DNA of 64,000 nucleotides from an uncultured Gemmatimonadota bacterium (GTDB lineage: Bacteria; JAAXHH01): assembly GCA_951812955.1 (NCBI GenBank), contig OX638340.1, positions 1,856,001-1,920,000 on the forward strand, read 5' to 3'. Positions 63,959-64,000 of this stretch are shown here, piece by piece. The translations under genes and the position numbers were made by a program. Each line of letters opens with the position of its first letter. The stretch's first letter is position 1. The notes beneath the pieces are model-generated. The model saw only the letters and a list, made by a program, of their open reading frames with translations, was not told the origin of the DNA and made no database searches.

Positions 63959-64000
63959 AACTCGACGTCCTGGCCGTATCCCCGCATCCGGATGACGTGG
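63955..64000 (+). CDS. bshB: PIG-L/LmbE-family deacetylase, 3' end beyond window (probable bacillithiol deacetylase)
   Basis: Only 15 codons are visible (MKLDVLAVSPHPDDV), and they carry the LmbE PHPDD motif. ATGA overlap with the bshC stop. Confidence 0.55.
   Translation, partial: MKLDVLAVSPHPDDV

Noticed and set aside
1-64000. Mobile element, prophage, defence island, tRNA/rRNA or CRISPR content
   Set aside because: I recognised no integrase, transposase, recombinase, phage structural, restriction/Cas-like or RNA-gene signatures in any frame. Inspection by eye cannot exclude small ncRNAs.

Overview
High-G+C bacterial chromosomal segment with about 52 protein-coding genes. I recognised no rRNA, tRNA, CRISPR array, transposase or integrase. 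Bases 1-17.3 kb are all on the + strand. They hold two duplicated-FtsX 'orphan' permeases and then a run of small-molecule-modifying enzymes: MBL-fold, APH-like kinase, DUF2268-like protease, beta-lactamase-fold hydrolase, SDR, PRTase, NUDIX, tRNA-binding domain protein, ankyrin, a DegT/isochorismatase/NodB trio, VOC and a secreted esterase. The middle holds a heparinase-II/III-like gene, a third permease paralog, and an ECF-sigma-led operon (sigma with a ~280-aa C-terminal extension, GNAT, CPT-kinase::GNAT fusion, histidine phosphatase). It also holds HIT, GNAT, methyltransferase, HAD and alpha-carbonic anhydrase genes, a tightly coupled PBP-HAMP-MFS operon, a Tat-signal class-V aminotransferase, a methyltransferase/GNAT/PhyH cluster, and a hutU-hutH-hutI-hutF operon followed by a creatininase-fold gene. 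The right third is the best candidate for an undescribed system. It is a ~12-kb minus-strand operon (47395-59615) with two ~700-aa polytopic membrane proteins and a 1528-aa protein that joins an apparently catalytically degenerate PA/M28-peptidase-like ectodomain to an FtsX-type permease module. The operon also encodes a COG3964-like amidohydrolase and two 2-hydroxyacid dehydrogenases, and has no ABC ATPase. It is divergent from a COG1033/MMPL-type RND exporter, which is followed by bshC-bshB. Sequence-level oddities include an exact 43-bp duplication of a gene 3' end at the hutU junction and a degenerate 3'-end 'echo' after the MFS gene. All family calls rest on by-eye motif recognition and need HMM or structure confirmation. 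bshC/bshB, ADOP-like permeases and DUF2911 loosely suggest an FCB-group, Acidobacteria or Gemmatimonadetes-like organism, but taxonomy cannot be settled from this window.
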